From Planctomycetota bacterium (GTDB taxonomy: Bacteria; Planctomycetota; UBA1135; UBA2386): a stretch of 64,000 bases of DNA. The stretch is from contig OZ245006.1 in assembly GCA_965223545.1 (NCBI GenBank), positions 301,954 to 365,953 of the forward strand. The letters are read 5' to 3'. A program made the translations under genes and the position numbers. A model generated the notes under the pieces. The model ran no database searches. It saw nothing but the letters and a program-made list of their open reading frames with translations, and was not told the origin of the DNA. The first letter of the stretch is position 1, and the number at the start of each line of letters is the position of its first letter. Positions 27,081 to 36,565 of the stretch are shown one piece after another.

Positions 27081-28973
27081 ATGGCACACACACCGACAGT
27101 CCATGCTCTCCTGGCGACCTCGATCCTCGGGATTATTGGAGACGTCCGCTCGCAGGGCGACGTATGGGTCCTCGGGCCGCCCAATGGCATCGATGACACC
27201 GCAGCCTTCCAGAACGCCATTTCTGGTTCGACTGAGACGACACCGACCTTGATCACGTTCGCTCATCCGGGCACCTATCGCTTCGGTCCAGTCGCTGGCG
27301 ACGCGCAGGACCCCTTGTTCGAAATCCATGGGTTCACCGACCTCCAGATCACTGCTGTCGCGGGCGTCACGATCGAGCTCTTTGGCTATGACCGAGTGAA
27401 GGGAAGCTCGAAGGACATCTTTGAGCTCAGCGGCTGCAACAGCGTCACGATCTCGGGTGCCGATGCCACCAACCCTCTCGTGTTCGACATGGAGCCAAGC
27501 TCCGGCGGATCGAACGGGCTGCCGTGGTTTCAAGGCACCCTACATGACATCGACCTCATCGGTGGGTTCGCCACGATCCGCATCACGGACCCCGACTTCT
27601 ACCTGCCAAGCGGTGTGCAGATTGCGGAACCTTGGAGCGCCCGTCCATTCATCAACGGATATCCACATGCGGAACGAACGGTTTGGGGTGCCGCTCATAG
27701 CGGCGTGATCCTCCCGGCACCTCCCCCCATGGCGACCCATCAGGACGTAACACTGAGCTATGCCGCTTCTGCGAGCGCCCGCCTGAGTACTTGGGCGACC
27801 GGCGACCGCATCGTCGTCTCGCTGGGGGACAGCGAACAAGCGCTGTTCCAATGCCGCAACCTGAGCGGAATCCCGAACTCCGATCTCGAGTTCACGAACA
27901 TCGAAGTCCGTTGTTTCGCCGGAAAGACACTCATGCTCGGCAACACACACGGCGTCACGCTCGACAACTACAACGTCCGCCCCGCATCGACTCTCCGGAA
28001 GCTCTCTTCGGTCCGAGACGGGGTCTCCGGACGGCCGACAGGAGAGGTCGTCATTCGCAACTGTGAGTTCAAAAAATGCGGAGACGACGCCATTCAGATG
28101 GGCTCCCAACCGGTCGCGCGCGTCGTCAGCTATGACGCCTTGCTGTCCCAGGCAGTGATCGCACTCGCGACTCCGGCGGGGCAACAACATCCCAACTACA
28201 AGCCAGGTTGGGCTGTCGAAGCACGGCCAGCGTCTTGGTCCCGCTCGAATCGCGAGACGGCAACAATCCTCTCGGTCCAGAACTCCGGCGCTCAGCAAAC
28301 CCTGACCCTGTTGAACGAGACGCCCGGGTTCGCCGCGGTCATGAAGCCCGACGCACTGTTGTTCGCCGTCTCCCAGAACTGGAGTTCCTGCCTCGTCGAT
28401 TCGTGCGTGATCAAGAGCGTGCGTGGTGGCGGGATCAAGCTGCGCAACGGCCCGATCACGATCAGGAACAGCCAGATCTTCAAGACGACGTCCTACGGGA
28501 TCTTCCTCGGCGGCGGTACTCCATCGGCCGGATCGAAGTACCCGCTCGGTGGAAACGTCTATCCCCCTGATTCCTCGGAGATCACGAACTGCGACATCCA
28601 GCACGCCGGTCCCCGAGGCAACATTCACCCCTCCATGCACGCGTCGGTCTACATCGGCGTTGCCGATGACGTCGTCAACGGCCAGTGGCAGAACCCAACC
28701 GCCTCGTGCGACGTGATCACGAACGTCCTGGTCCAGAACAACCGCTTCATCAGCGACCGCACCTACGCTCGGGGCGGTCTGTACTGTCACGGCATCGGTG
28801 GCGCGACCGGACTGCAGCTGGTGAACAACGACTTCCAAGACCTGGGAGACAGCACGACCTCAAATCTGCCCTGGCAGTACGGGGTGTACACCAGCGACTG
28901 CGTCATCACCACTGACACCGGAAACACCTACACGAACTGCTACAAGCCCTCGTTCTTTGGCGGGTGCCAGTAG
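27081..28973 (+). CDS. Right-handed parallel beta-helix repeat protein (pectate-lyase-like fold); compositionally atypical and lower-GC
   Basis: Repeated beta-helix rungs, for example NSVTISG, ITIRNSQI, VITNVLVQNNRF and LQLVNNDF. GC and GC3 are markedly lower than in neighbouring genes. There is no clear signal peptide. Confidence 0.6.
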   Translation: MAHTPTVHALLATSILGIIGDVRSQGDVWVLGPPNGIDDTAAFQNAISGSTETTPTLITFAHPGTYRFGPVAGDAQDPLFEIHGFTDLQITAVAGVTIELFGYDRVKGSSKDIFELSGCNSVTISGADATNPLVFDMEPSSGGSNGLPWFQGTLHDIDLIGGFATIRITDPDFYLPSGVQIAEPWSARPFINGYPHAERTVWGAAHSGVILPAPPPMATHQDVTLSYAASASARLSTWATGDRIVVSLGDSEQALFQCRNLSGIPNSDLEFTNIEVRCFAGKTLMLGNTHGVTLDNYNVRPASTLRKLSSVRDGVSGRPTGEVVIRNCEFKKCGDDAIQMGSQPVARVVSYDALLSQAVIALATPAGQQHPNYKPGWAVEARPASWSRSNRETATILSVQNSGAQQTLTLLNETPGFAAVMKPDALLFAVSQNWSSCLVDSCVIKSVRGGGIKLRNGPITIRNSQIFKTTSYGIFLGGGTPSAGSKYPLGGNVYPPDSSEITNCDIQHAGPRGNIHPSMHASVYIGVADDVVNGQWQNPTASCDVITNVLVQNNRFISDRTYARGGLYCHGIGGATGLQLVNNDFQDLGDSTTSNLPWQYGVYTSDCVITTDTGNTYTNCYKPSFFGGCQ

Positions 28974-28998
28974 CCCGCGCTCTTACACTGGATCGCCG

Positions 28999-30030
28999 AT
29001 GGTGCGTCCGGTCCAAAACCCACCGAACCCTTGGGCCCAAACCCACGTCGATCTCGGCGTGGCGCCCCCAGACGCGCGGCTCGAGGTCTACGAGGAAGAG
29101 GCCAAGAGCGTGGTGTCGCGCAACGAGAGCCCCGACGTGCCGTTCACGTTCAGCATCAATCCCTATCGCGGCTGCCACCACGGCTGTGCCTACTGCTACG
29201 CGCGGCCGACGCACGAGTACTTGGGGTTCGGCGCGGGCACCGACTTCGAACGGCGCATCGTGGTGAAGACCAACGCAGCCGCATTGCTCGAGGACGCGCT
29301 GCGCAAGGGCACGACGCGCGGCGAGGTGCTCGCGTTCTCCGGGGTGACCGACTGCTACCAGCCGCTCGAGGCCAGCTACCGGCTGACGCGCCGCTGTCTC
29401 GCGGTGTGCGCGCGCTTCGAACAGCCGGTCGGCATCATCACCAAAGGTGCGTTGGTCGAGCGCGACATCGACCTCCTGTCGGAACTTGGCCGCGTAGCGC
29501 GCGCGTCGGTGTTCTTGAGCATCCCGTTCGCCGACGACGCGATGGCGCAGCGGATCGAGCCCTTCGCGCCGACGCCGACGCGGCGGCTGCGCGCCCTGGC
29601 AGCGCTGGCCGAGGCCGGCATCGACTGCGGCGTCGCGGTGGCGCCGATCATCCCCGGCCTCAACGACGACCAGATCCCCCGGATCCTGAGGGCTGCGCGC
29701 GACGCCGGCGCGCGGCGCGCGTTCCCGATCCTGCTGCGCCTGCCCGGCAACGTCCGCGCCGTGTTCGCCGAGCGGCTGCACGAGCGCGAGCCGCTGCGGG
29801 CAGAACGCGTGCTGCGGTCCACCGCGGCGGCGCGCGGCGGCGACGACGCCGGCCAGCACCGGTTCGGCAAGCGGATGGTCGGCAGCGGCCCTCGCTGGGA
29901 CGCCGTGCGGCAGCTGTTTGCCCTCGAGTGCGCCCGGCTGGGCTACAGCACGGCCGACGAGCGGCGGTCGATGCCCGAGCCACGACCGGCGCGGCGGCCG
30001 CGGCAGCGCGGACTGTTCGGCGACGACTGA
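28999..30030 (+). CDS. Radical SAM protein, SplB-like (COG1533 'DNA repair photolyase' family)
   Basis: CHHGCAYC (Cx3Cx2C) cluster near the N-terminus. Overall resemblance to the PA0069/Rv2578c family. Confidence 0.75.
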   Translation: MVRPVQNPPNPWAQTHVDLGVAPPDARLEVYEEEAKSVVSRNESPDVPFTFSINPYRGCHHGCAYCYARPTHEYLGFGAGTDFERRIVVKTNAAALLEDALRKGTTRGEVLAFSGVTDCYQPLEASYRLTRRCLAVCARFEQPVGIITKGALVERDIDLLSELGRVARASVFLSIPFADDAMAQRIEPFAPTPTRRLRALAALAEAGIDCGVAVAPIIPGLNDDQIPRILRAARDAGARRAFPILLRLPGNVRAVFAERLHEREPLRAERVLRSTAAARGGDDAGQHRFGKRMVGSGPRWDAVRQLFALECARLGYSTADERRSMPEPRPARRPRQRGLFGDD

Positions 30031-30137
30031 ACCGAACTCGGCACCAGCCAAGGACATGCGCCCCCATCTTCCACGGCGGCCACGGGCGTTCGTTGACGCG
30101 CCCGCACGGCCCGCCTAGCTTGACCGCGACCTTGGTC

Positions 30138-31166
30138 ATGGGAGGCCTCTTGAACTCACGCAGCACCCCTCGAGCCGCACCTCTGGCTCTGCTCGTCCTC
30201 GGCGCATGCGCCACGACCCACCGGCCGGTGGTGGCCCCGCCGACGCCTGCCGCGGACGGTAGCGCGCCCGCCGCCGTGCCGGCGCGGCCGGCACCGCAGG
30301 ACTACACCCCGACCGGCCTGTTCGCCGAGGAGCACGGCGACTTCCTCGCCAAGGCCGATCGCTTCCGGCCGTCGGTCACCGGCACCTTCGCGATGCTGCC
30401 CAACGCATCGCTGAACAACGAGCCCGGCGACTTCGACTTGGCGCGTTTCCAGACCGGAGGTCGGATCCCGTTGGTGATCGACCCCGACTCGGTGTTCCTG
30501 GTCGGCGCCCGCGCCGAAGCGCGGCGCTACGAGTTCAGCTCGGGCTTCGGCGTGCCGGACGAGAACCTCGGCAGCGTCGGCCTCGAGTTCGGCTATGGCC
30601 GCTTCCTCAACCGCGACACCTACGCGCACGCGACCTTCGAGCCGGGGATCTACTCCGACTTCGAGGGGACCCTGCACCACCAGGACTACAAGTTCTTCGG
30701 TGAGGGCCTGGTGGTGTTCCGCTACGCGGAGGATCTCTACTTCAAGGGCGGCGTGCGGGTCTCCGAGGACTTCGCCGACGCACCGGTCTATCCCATGGCC
30801 GGCCTGTCCTGGATCGCCAACGAGCAGTGGCGCGTCGACATCCTGCTGCCACGGCGCGCCGAGGTTTCCTACCAGCCGCAGACGCCGACGACCTTCTACG
30901 CCGGCATCGACCTCGAGGGCCAGGAGTACCACCTGCGCAGCTCGGCGGCCACCGGCCGGCAGGAGTTCGACTTCCAGGTGCAGGAGATCCGCGTCTACGT
31001 CGGCGGCATCCACCGCTTCACCGACCACCTGTCGGCGTTCGGCCGCTTTGGCGCCGCCGTCGCCGGCGACCACAAGCTGCGCAGCGACAACAACCTCGGC
31101 CGGAGGATCAACGGCCAGCTCGACCCGACCCTGCTGTTCGAGGTCGGCGTCGGCTGGGACTTCTGA
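30138..31166 (+). CDS. Lipoprotein, putative outer-membrane beta-barrel-like protein
   Basis: Lipobox LLVLGAC. Alternating hydrophobic beta-strand pattern. C-terminal FEVGVGWDF ends in an aromatic residue, a typical outer-membrane-protein signature. Confidence 0.5.
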   Translation: MGGLLNSRSTPRAAPLALLVLGACATTHRPVVAPPTPAADGSAPAAVPARPAPQDYTPTGLFAEEHGDFLAKADRFRPSVTGTFAMLPNASLNNEPGDFDLARFQTGGRIPLVIDPDSVFLVGARAEARRYEFSSGFGVPDENLGSVGLEFGYGRFLNRDTYAHATFEPGIYSDFEGTLHHQDYKFFGEGLVVFRYAEDLYFKGGVRVSEDFADAPVYPMAGLSWIANEQWRVDILLPRRAEVSYQPQTPTTFYAGIDLEGQEYHLRSSAATGRQEFDFQVQEIRVYVGGIHRFTDHLSAFGRFGAAVAGDHKLRSDNNLGRRINGQLDPTLLFEVGVGWDF

Positions 31167-31178
31167 CCGCCGGCCCGC

Positions 31179-32822
31179 CTACTCGGCGGGCTTTGCCTCA
31201 CCCGAGACCGGCGGCACTCCCGCAGCCGGTGGCCCGTCGCCCTTCGGCGGCGTGCCCTTGGCAACGCCCGGCGTCAGCTTGCTGTCCTTGTCGAGGATGC
31301 GGCCCAACGCGTCCGGCATCTCGATGCCGCCGATGTCGCGCATGATGTTCAGCATCGGCGGCAGCGAGCTCGCCAGCCCTTGCAAGAAGCCCGCGGTGCC
31401 ACCGTTGCCGTTGCCGCTGCCGGTGTCCCAGACCACGACCTTGTCGAACTTGATGTTCTGGATCGCCTTGGCTGCGTTCTCGGACAGCTTCTCCAGGTGC
31501 TCGAGGACCAGCAGCTGGAACGCCTCCTGCGCGCCACCGCAGCCGTCCACGATCTGCCGCAGACCCTCGCCCTTCTTCGCCAGGATCTCGTACTCACCGC
31601 GCGCCTGCGCATCGAGCCGCGCGAAGATCGCATCCGCCTCACCCTGCGCCTCGATCCGGCGCTGATCGCTCAAAGCTTCGGCGTCGACGATCACCTTGGC
31701 CTTGTTGGCCTTGGCGACCGCCTCGAGCTCGGCGCGCTTTTCCTGTTCGATCTTGGTGGCCAGCGCCTGGGCGGCGATCGCCTCGGCCTTGTACTGCGCC
31801 TCGAGCACCGAAGCCTCGGCCTCGCGCTTGCGGGTCTCGCCCAGCTGATACGCATCGGCCTCGCGCACGCGCAGAGACGCGTTGGCGTCGGCGATCTCGC
31901 TCTTGGCGTGGTTCTCGCCGGCGACCGCCTTGGCGTTGGCGTCCGCCACCCGCACGCGCATCTCGCGTTCGGCTTCCTTGACCTGCGAGTCACGCTCGTA
32001 GCGCGCGGTCTCCTCGCCGATCACCTTGGCCTTCTCCAGGTCGGCGACCCGCACCGACTGCTCGCGCTCGGCGTCCTTGGTGCCGATCGTCTGCTCCTTG
32101 TGCCGGTTGGCGACCTCGATCGCGCGCTCGCGCTCCGCCTCGGCGACACCGATCGCGCCGCGCTTCTGCTGCACGGCGACATCGATCTCGGCCTGCTGCA
32201 CCGCGGTGGAGGCGGCCTTGCGGCCGATCGCCTCGATGTAGCCCGACTCGTCGGTGATGTCGGTGATGTTGACGTTGATCAGCACCAAACCGATCTTCTC
32301 CAGCTCGGGCTCGAGCGAGGTCTGGATCTGCTCCAGGAACTTGTCGCGGTCGCGGTTGATGTCCTCGATGTTCATCGAGGCGATCACCTGGCGCAGCTGA
32401 CCGAAGATGATGTCCTCGGCCTGCTTCATGATCTCGCGCGTCTCCAGCCCCAGCAGGCGGATCGCCGCGTTGTTCATCGTCGCCGGATCGGTGCCGATCG
32501 CGACGGTGAACACGCTGGGCACGTTGACGCGGATGTTCTCCGCCGACAGCGCCCCCTTGAGCGGCACCTCGATCTGGATCGGATCGAGGCTCAGAAAGCC
32601 GTAGTCCTGGATCAGCGGGATGACGAAGGCACCGCCGCCGTGCATGCAGCGCGCCGAGTGCCCCTCCCGCACCTTGCCGTAGATGACCAGGATCTTGTTG
32701 CTGGGGCAGCGCTTGTAGCGCTTGATCAGCAACATCACCAAGCCGAACACGAACAGGACCCCGACGACGACGCCGACCAGCAGCCAGACGTCGCTGTTGT
32801 TGGTGCCGAATTGTGCGATCAC
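31179..32822 (-). CDS. Flotillin family (SPFH/Band-7) protein
   Basis: N-terminal TM helix, SPFH domain, then a long EA-rich coiled-coil flotillin region. The GTG start is preceded by AGGAGG. Confidence 0.85.
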   Translation of the reverse strand: MIAQFGTNNSDVWLLVGVVVGVLFVFGLVMLLIKRYKRCPSNKILVIYGKVREGHSARCMHGGGAFVIPLIQDYGFLSLDPIQIEVPLKGALSAENIRVNVPSVFTVAIGTDPATMNNAAIRLLGLETREIMKQAEDIIFGQLRQVIASMNIEDINRDRDKFLEQIQTSLEPELEKIGLVLINVNITDITDESGYIEAIGRKAASTAVQQAEIDVAVQQKRGAIGVAEAERERAIEVANRHKEQTIGTKDAEREQSVRVADLEKAKVIGEETARYERDSQVKEAEREMRVRVADANAKAVAGENHAKSEIADANASLRVREADAYQLGETRKREAEASVLEAQYKAEAIAAQALATKIEQEKRAELEAVAKANKAKVIVDAEALSDQRRIEAQGEADAIFARLDAQARGEYEILAKKGEGLRQIVDGCGGAQEAFQLLVLEHLEKLSENAAKAIQNIKFDKVVVWDTGSGNGNGGTAGFLQGLASSLPPMLNIMRDIGGIEMPDALGRILDKDSKLTPGVAKGTPPKGDGPPAAGVPPVSGEAKPAE

Positions 32823-32885
32823 TCCGCCTCCTCTTGCTTTGCTTCGAATCCCATCAACGAGTCTCTTCTCACCGGCGCCCCGGCC

Positions 32886-33422
32886 TCACAGGGCCTGCAC
32901 CTCGACCGTGTCCTGCGCCGGCGTCGCCACCACGGTGACCTGCGCCCCGGTCGGCAGCTCGGCGCCGCGCGTCACCGCCTTGCACTCCAGCCGCCGGCCC
33001 TGGACCTCGAGGATCACCTTGCCGAGCCCTTGGTTCTCGGCCGGGATCCGCAGGTAGACCTTGCCCTGCACGCCGACCGCCTTGCCGAGGTCGACGTTGC
33101 CCTGCGACTGCAGCTTGAGCAGCGCCGTCATCAGGTAGGCGACCAAGATCATCGCCACCGCGCCGGCGCCGAGGGCGACCAACAGGACCTGCGTCGGGTC
33201 CCAGCCGCGCCCCTGCGCCGCCAGGCCGCCGATGCCGAAGAACGCCAAGAACGCGACCACCGTCTTGAACGACAAGACTTTGAACGCGACGTCCGCGCCA
33301 TCGAAGTCGCCGACGTCGGCGACGTCGCCGGCATCGCCGCCGAGACCGATGAACATCAGGGCGGTCTGCACGACGAGAATCGTGCCTCCCAACGCCGCAC
33401 ACACGAGGTACAGGGTGTCCAT
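32886..33422 (-). CDS. NfeD/YqiJ-like membrane protein (flotillin-associated, C-terminal OB-fold)
   Basis: Two or three TM helices plus a C-terminal beta-rich domain. It lies immediately upstream of the flotillin gene. Confidence 0.65.
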   Translation of the reverse strand: MDTLYLVCAALGGTILVVQTALMFIGLGGDAGDVADVGDFDGADVAFKVLSFKTVVAFLAFFGIGGLAAQGRGWDPTQVLLVALGAGAVAMILVAYLMTALLKLQSQGNVDLGKAVGVQGKVYLRIPAENQGLGKVILEVQGRRLECKAVTRGAELPTGAQVTVVATPAQDTVEVQAL

Positions 33423-33698
33423 ACTTCCTCTTGACGTTGCGCCGCCGGATGTCGCGCCGCGGCGGCCACTGCGCCACGCCGACCTGTGGCGTGGTGTCCG
33501 GGGCTACCTCCGGCTACCCCCCATTATTCAGGAGGCAGTCCCCGGATCCCAACACAGAGATGCGCGGCGCCGCATCGCCCCACCGCAACCGGCAGCTGCA
33601 CCTGCACGCGCTGCGCAATGCGCCGGCCAGCACCTACCGAGCCCGCCCCGAGGGTGTACCCTCCGGCGACCGACTAGGCCGCACGCGACCATCTTTCG

Positions 33699-34430
33699 AT
33701 GAAGCCCTGGAAACGACTCGCCTCAGCCCCGATCCCGGGCACGGAGGACACACTCGATCTCTATGGCCGCGACCGTGACTTCTACTTCCGCGTCAACGGC
33801 GTCGAGCTGATGAGCAGTCGAATGCACGGCTCGGAGGAGATTCTCGCCGAGCTCGCGTGCCAACGGATCGCGACCGTAGAAGCCCCACGGCTCCTGATCG
33901 GCGGCCTCGGCATGGGCTACACGCTCGCGCGCGCCCTGGCGCGATTGCCCGAGCCGGCCACGGTCGAGGTCGTCGAGCTGATCGAAGAGGTGATCGCCTG
34001 GAACCGCGGTCCGCTGGCCGAACTGACCGCCGCACCGCTCGACGATCCACGGGTCGCGATCCACCAAGGCGACGTCGCCGCCTACGTGCGCGGCGCACAG
34101 GATCGCTACGACGCGATTCTGCTCGATGTCGACAACGGTCCCGCCGGTCTGACGCGGGCGGACAACGCTCGGCTCTACAGCCGCACCGGCCTGGCGGCGC
34201 TGCGCGCCGCCCTGCGTCGCGACGGCGTGTTGCTGGTCTGGTCGGCGGCCCAAGAGCCGCAATTCCTGCGGCGCGTGCACGGCGCCGGCTTCGCCGTGGA
34301 GGAGATCCGGGTGCGTGCACGGCGCGACCGGGGGCCTCGCCGAACCATCTACCTGGCGACGCGGGGCGTCGCCCGCGCGCGGCCGCGGCGGGCCGTACCG
34401 GGTGCCTCGCACCGGGGTCGCGAGCATTGA
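33699..34430 (+). CDS. Spermidine-synthase-like (polyamine aminopropyltransferase fold) protein
   Basis: Motifs LLIGGLGMGYTLARAL and DAILLDVDNGP resemble the spermine/spermidine synthase family. Confidence 0.55.
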   Translation: MKPWKRLASAPIPGTEDTLDLYGRDRDFYFRVNGVELMSSRMHGSEEILAELACQRIATVEAPRLLIGGLGMGYTLARALARLPEPATVEVVELIEEVIAWNRGPLAELTAAPLDDPRVAIHQGDVAAYVRGAQDRYDAILLDVDNGPAGLTRADNARLYSRTGLAALRAALRRDGVLLVWSAAQEPQFLRRVHGAGFAVEEIRVRARRDRGPRRTIYLATRGVARARPRRAVPGASHRGREH

Positions 34431-34461
34431 CGCCGTACGCGGCGCGGCCAACGATGCCTTG

Positions 34462-34923
34462 ATGCCGGCCCATCCCGCGTCGCTGTTCATGCAGGAGCAG
34501 ATCCCGTTCCACCGCTGGCTCGGGCTGCGGGTCGAGCCGACCGACTCCGACCGCGCCGCCTTTCGCCTGCCCTGGCGCGACGAGTTGACCGGCAACCCAC
34601 TGCGGCCGGCGGTGCACGGCGGCGTGCTGGCAACGCTCGCCGACACCGCCGCGGTCACCGCGGTGTTGATCGCGTTGGCCGACGATCGCGGTCAGCCGAC
34701 CGCCGGCGACCAGCTCAGCACCGTCGATCTGCGCATCGACTACCTGCGCGCCAGCCACGGCCGCGATCTGGTCGCCGCCGCCGAGGTCGTCCGCGCCGGG
34801 GGCCGGATCGCGGTGGCCAAGGTCGCGATCCACGAGGACGGGCTGCCGGCAGCCGGTGCGGGTGACCCGATCGCGATCGCGCACTCCGTGTTCGCGGTGC
34901 AGCGCCCCAAGTCGGCCGACTGA
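34462..34923 (+). CDS. PaaI-family hotdog-fold thioesterase
   Basis: Segments HGGVLATLADTAA, VDLRIDYLRA and IAVAKVAI resemble the PaaI family. Confidence 0.6.
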   Translation: MPAHPASLFMQEQIPFHRWLGLRVEPTDSDRAAFRLPWRDELTGNPLRPAVHGGVLATLADTAAVTAVLIALADDRGQPTAGDQLSTVDLRIDYLRASHGRDLVAAAEVVRAGGRIAVAKVAIHEDGLPAAGAGDPIAIAHSVFAVQRPKSAD

Positions 34924-34948
34924 CGACGCGCGCCCCGCAGGTACGCGC

Positions 34949-35974
34949 TCAGCCGCCGCGCGTATGCATCTCCAAGCGCGGGTCGCTCCGCAGAGCGTCA
35001 CGGTCCACCAGCGCACCGCGCTCGGCCACCGTGAGCCGCTCCTCGGCGCCGCGGTCGCGGCGGCGGCGCCACAGCCCGGCCAGCAAGGCGCTCAGGTTGG
35101 CGTCGTCGGCACCATTGCGCAGCGGCCCGCGAAGGTCGAACCCGTCGCGCGCATACAGACAGCGATACAGCGTCCCGTCCGCGGTCAGCCGCGCGCGATC
35201 GCAGCTGCCGCAGAACGGCGCGGTGGTCGACGCGATGACGCCGAAGACTTGACCGTCGGGCAGTGCGAAGCGCTGCGCCGGCGCCGAGCCGCGCCCGGCC
35301 AGCGGCCGCGGGGCGCCGCGCGCGGCGGCGATCGTGGCCAGAATCTCGTCCCGCCCGAACACCTGTTCGGGCCGCCAGCGCGTCGCCCCGCCGACGTCCA
35401 TGTACTCGATGAAGCGCACCTCGGCGTCGTGTTCGCGCCCCAGCTCGAGCATCGCCAACAGCTCGTCGTCGTTGCTGCCGCGCAGCACGACCATGTTCAG
35501 CTTGGTGCCCTCGAAGCCGGCGTCGCGCGCCGCGGCCAAGCCTGCCATCACCGCATCCAGCTGGTCCCGGCCGACCATCTCCGCGAACCGCACACGCCGC
35601 GTGCTGTCGAGGCTGATGGTGATCCGCTGCAGGCCCGCGCGCCGCAGGGCGACCGCGTACTCTTCCAACAACACCGCGTTGGTGGTCAGCGCCACGTCGC
35701 GGATGCCCTCGATCCGCGCCAGCATGCGCACCAACACCGCCAGCTCGGCGCGCACCAACGGCTCACCGCCAGTCAGCCGCACGCGATCCACCCCGAGACC
35801 GGCGCACACCGTCACGACCCGCGCCAGCTCGTCGAAGGTCAACAGCTCCCGCCGCGGCAACCAGACGTAGTCGCGCTCGGGCATGCAGTAGCCGCAGCGC
35901 AGGTTGCAGCGGTCGGTGACCGACACTCGCAGGCTGCGCATCGGCCGGGCGTTCACGTCGTGGAGCGCTGGCAT
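34949..35974 (-). CDS. moaA: GTP 3',8-cyclase MoaA (molybdenum cofactor biosynthesis)
   Basis: N-terminal CNLRCGYC radical-SAM cluster. C-terminal FCGSCDRARLTADGTLYRCL second cluster. Confidence 0.9.
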   Translation of the reverse strand: MPALHDVNARPMRSLRVSVTDRCNLRCGYCMPERDYVWLPRRELLTFDELARVVTVCAGLGVDRVRLTGGEPLVRAELAVLVRMLARIEGIRDVALTTNAVLLEEYAVALRRAGLQRITISLDSTRRVRFAEMVGRDQLDAVMAGLAAARDAGFEGTKLNMVVLRGSNDDELLAMLELGREHDAEVRFIEYMDVGGATRWRPEQVFGRDEILATIAAARGAPRPLAGRGSAPAQRFALPDGQVFGVIASTTAPFCGSCDRARLTADGTLYRCLYARDGFDLRGPLRNGADDANLSALLAGLWRRRRDRGAEERLTVAERGALVDRDALRSDPRLEMHTRGG

Positions 35975-36097
35975 CGATCGGTTCTCGAGAATGAGCGCGC
36001 CGCTCGAACGGCCGCCCAACAGACCGTAGTTCGGTGCTCGAGGCCGGGCAACCGGGTGCGCCGGCCAGTGCGCGCCAACCCGCCGCGCGGTGCCGGC

Positions 36098-36421
36098 TCA
36101 GCCGGTGGCGTCGGTCTTCTGCGCGCGGGTGTGGGCGCGGTTGCGGCCGCGCACCGCCTTGACCAGCGGGAACTTGACCGTCTTGCCGCCGCGCTCGATG
36201 ACGATGACGCCGGTCTTGATGGCGCGGGTCGACAGCTTCATGCGCAGCACGGTGCCGTCCGGGGTCAGCACCCGCACGGTCTGGATGTTCGGCTTGAAGG
36301 TGCGCTTGGTGCGCCCCGTCACCCGCCGGCCGACGCCGCCCTTCTTCTTGGCCAGGCCGCGGCGGGCGACGCGATGGCCGACCCGGGTGCGGCGACCGGT
36401 GACTTCACAGACTCGCGACAT
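36098..36421 (-). CDS. rpmB: 50S ribosomal protein L28 (bL28) with an unusual about 35 aa C-terminal extension
   Basis: MSRVCEVTGRRTRVGHRVARRGLAKKKGGVGRRVTGRTKRTFKPNIQTVRV matches the bL28 core. The ORF continues to 107 aa. Confidence 0.85.
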   Translation of the reverse strand: MSRVCEVTGRRTRVGHRVARRGLAKKKGGVGRRVTGRTKRTFKPNIQTVRVLTPDGTVLRMKLSTRAIKTGVIVIERGGKTVKFPLVKAVRGRNRAHTRAQKTDATG

Positions 36422-36565
36422 GGAAGGTGGCGTCCTCGATACAGTCAGGCGAAAGAGGGGCGAGAATGGTAGCGGCGGGGGCCGGCGGGGCAAGCACTGG
36501 CCGCAAAACCCTCAAACCGAGCAGCGGCGCGCCGCTCAGAGGGGCCTTCAGAGATCGGCGGCCGC

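Noticed and set aside
32830-32860. tRNA T-arm-like 'gcttcgaatcc' motif
   Set aside because: There is no acceptor, anticodon or D-arm context. The sequence is the AGGAGG ribosome-binding site and GTG start region of the flotillin gene read on the opposite strand.
31380-33434. 684-aa plus-strand ORF opposite flotillin and NfeD
   Set aside because: It is antisense to a clear flotillin (SPFH plus coiled-coil) gene and is Leu/Arg/Asp-rich low-complexity.
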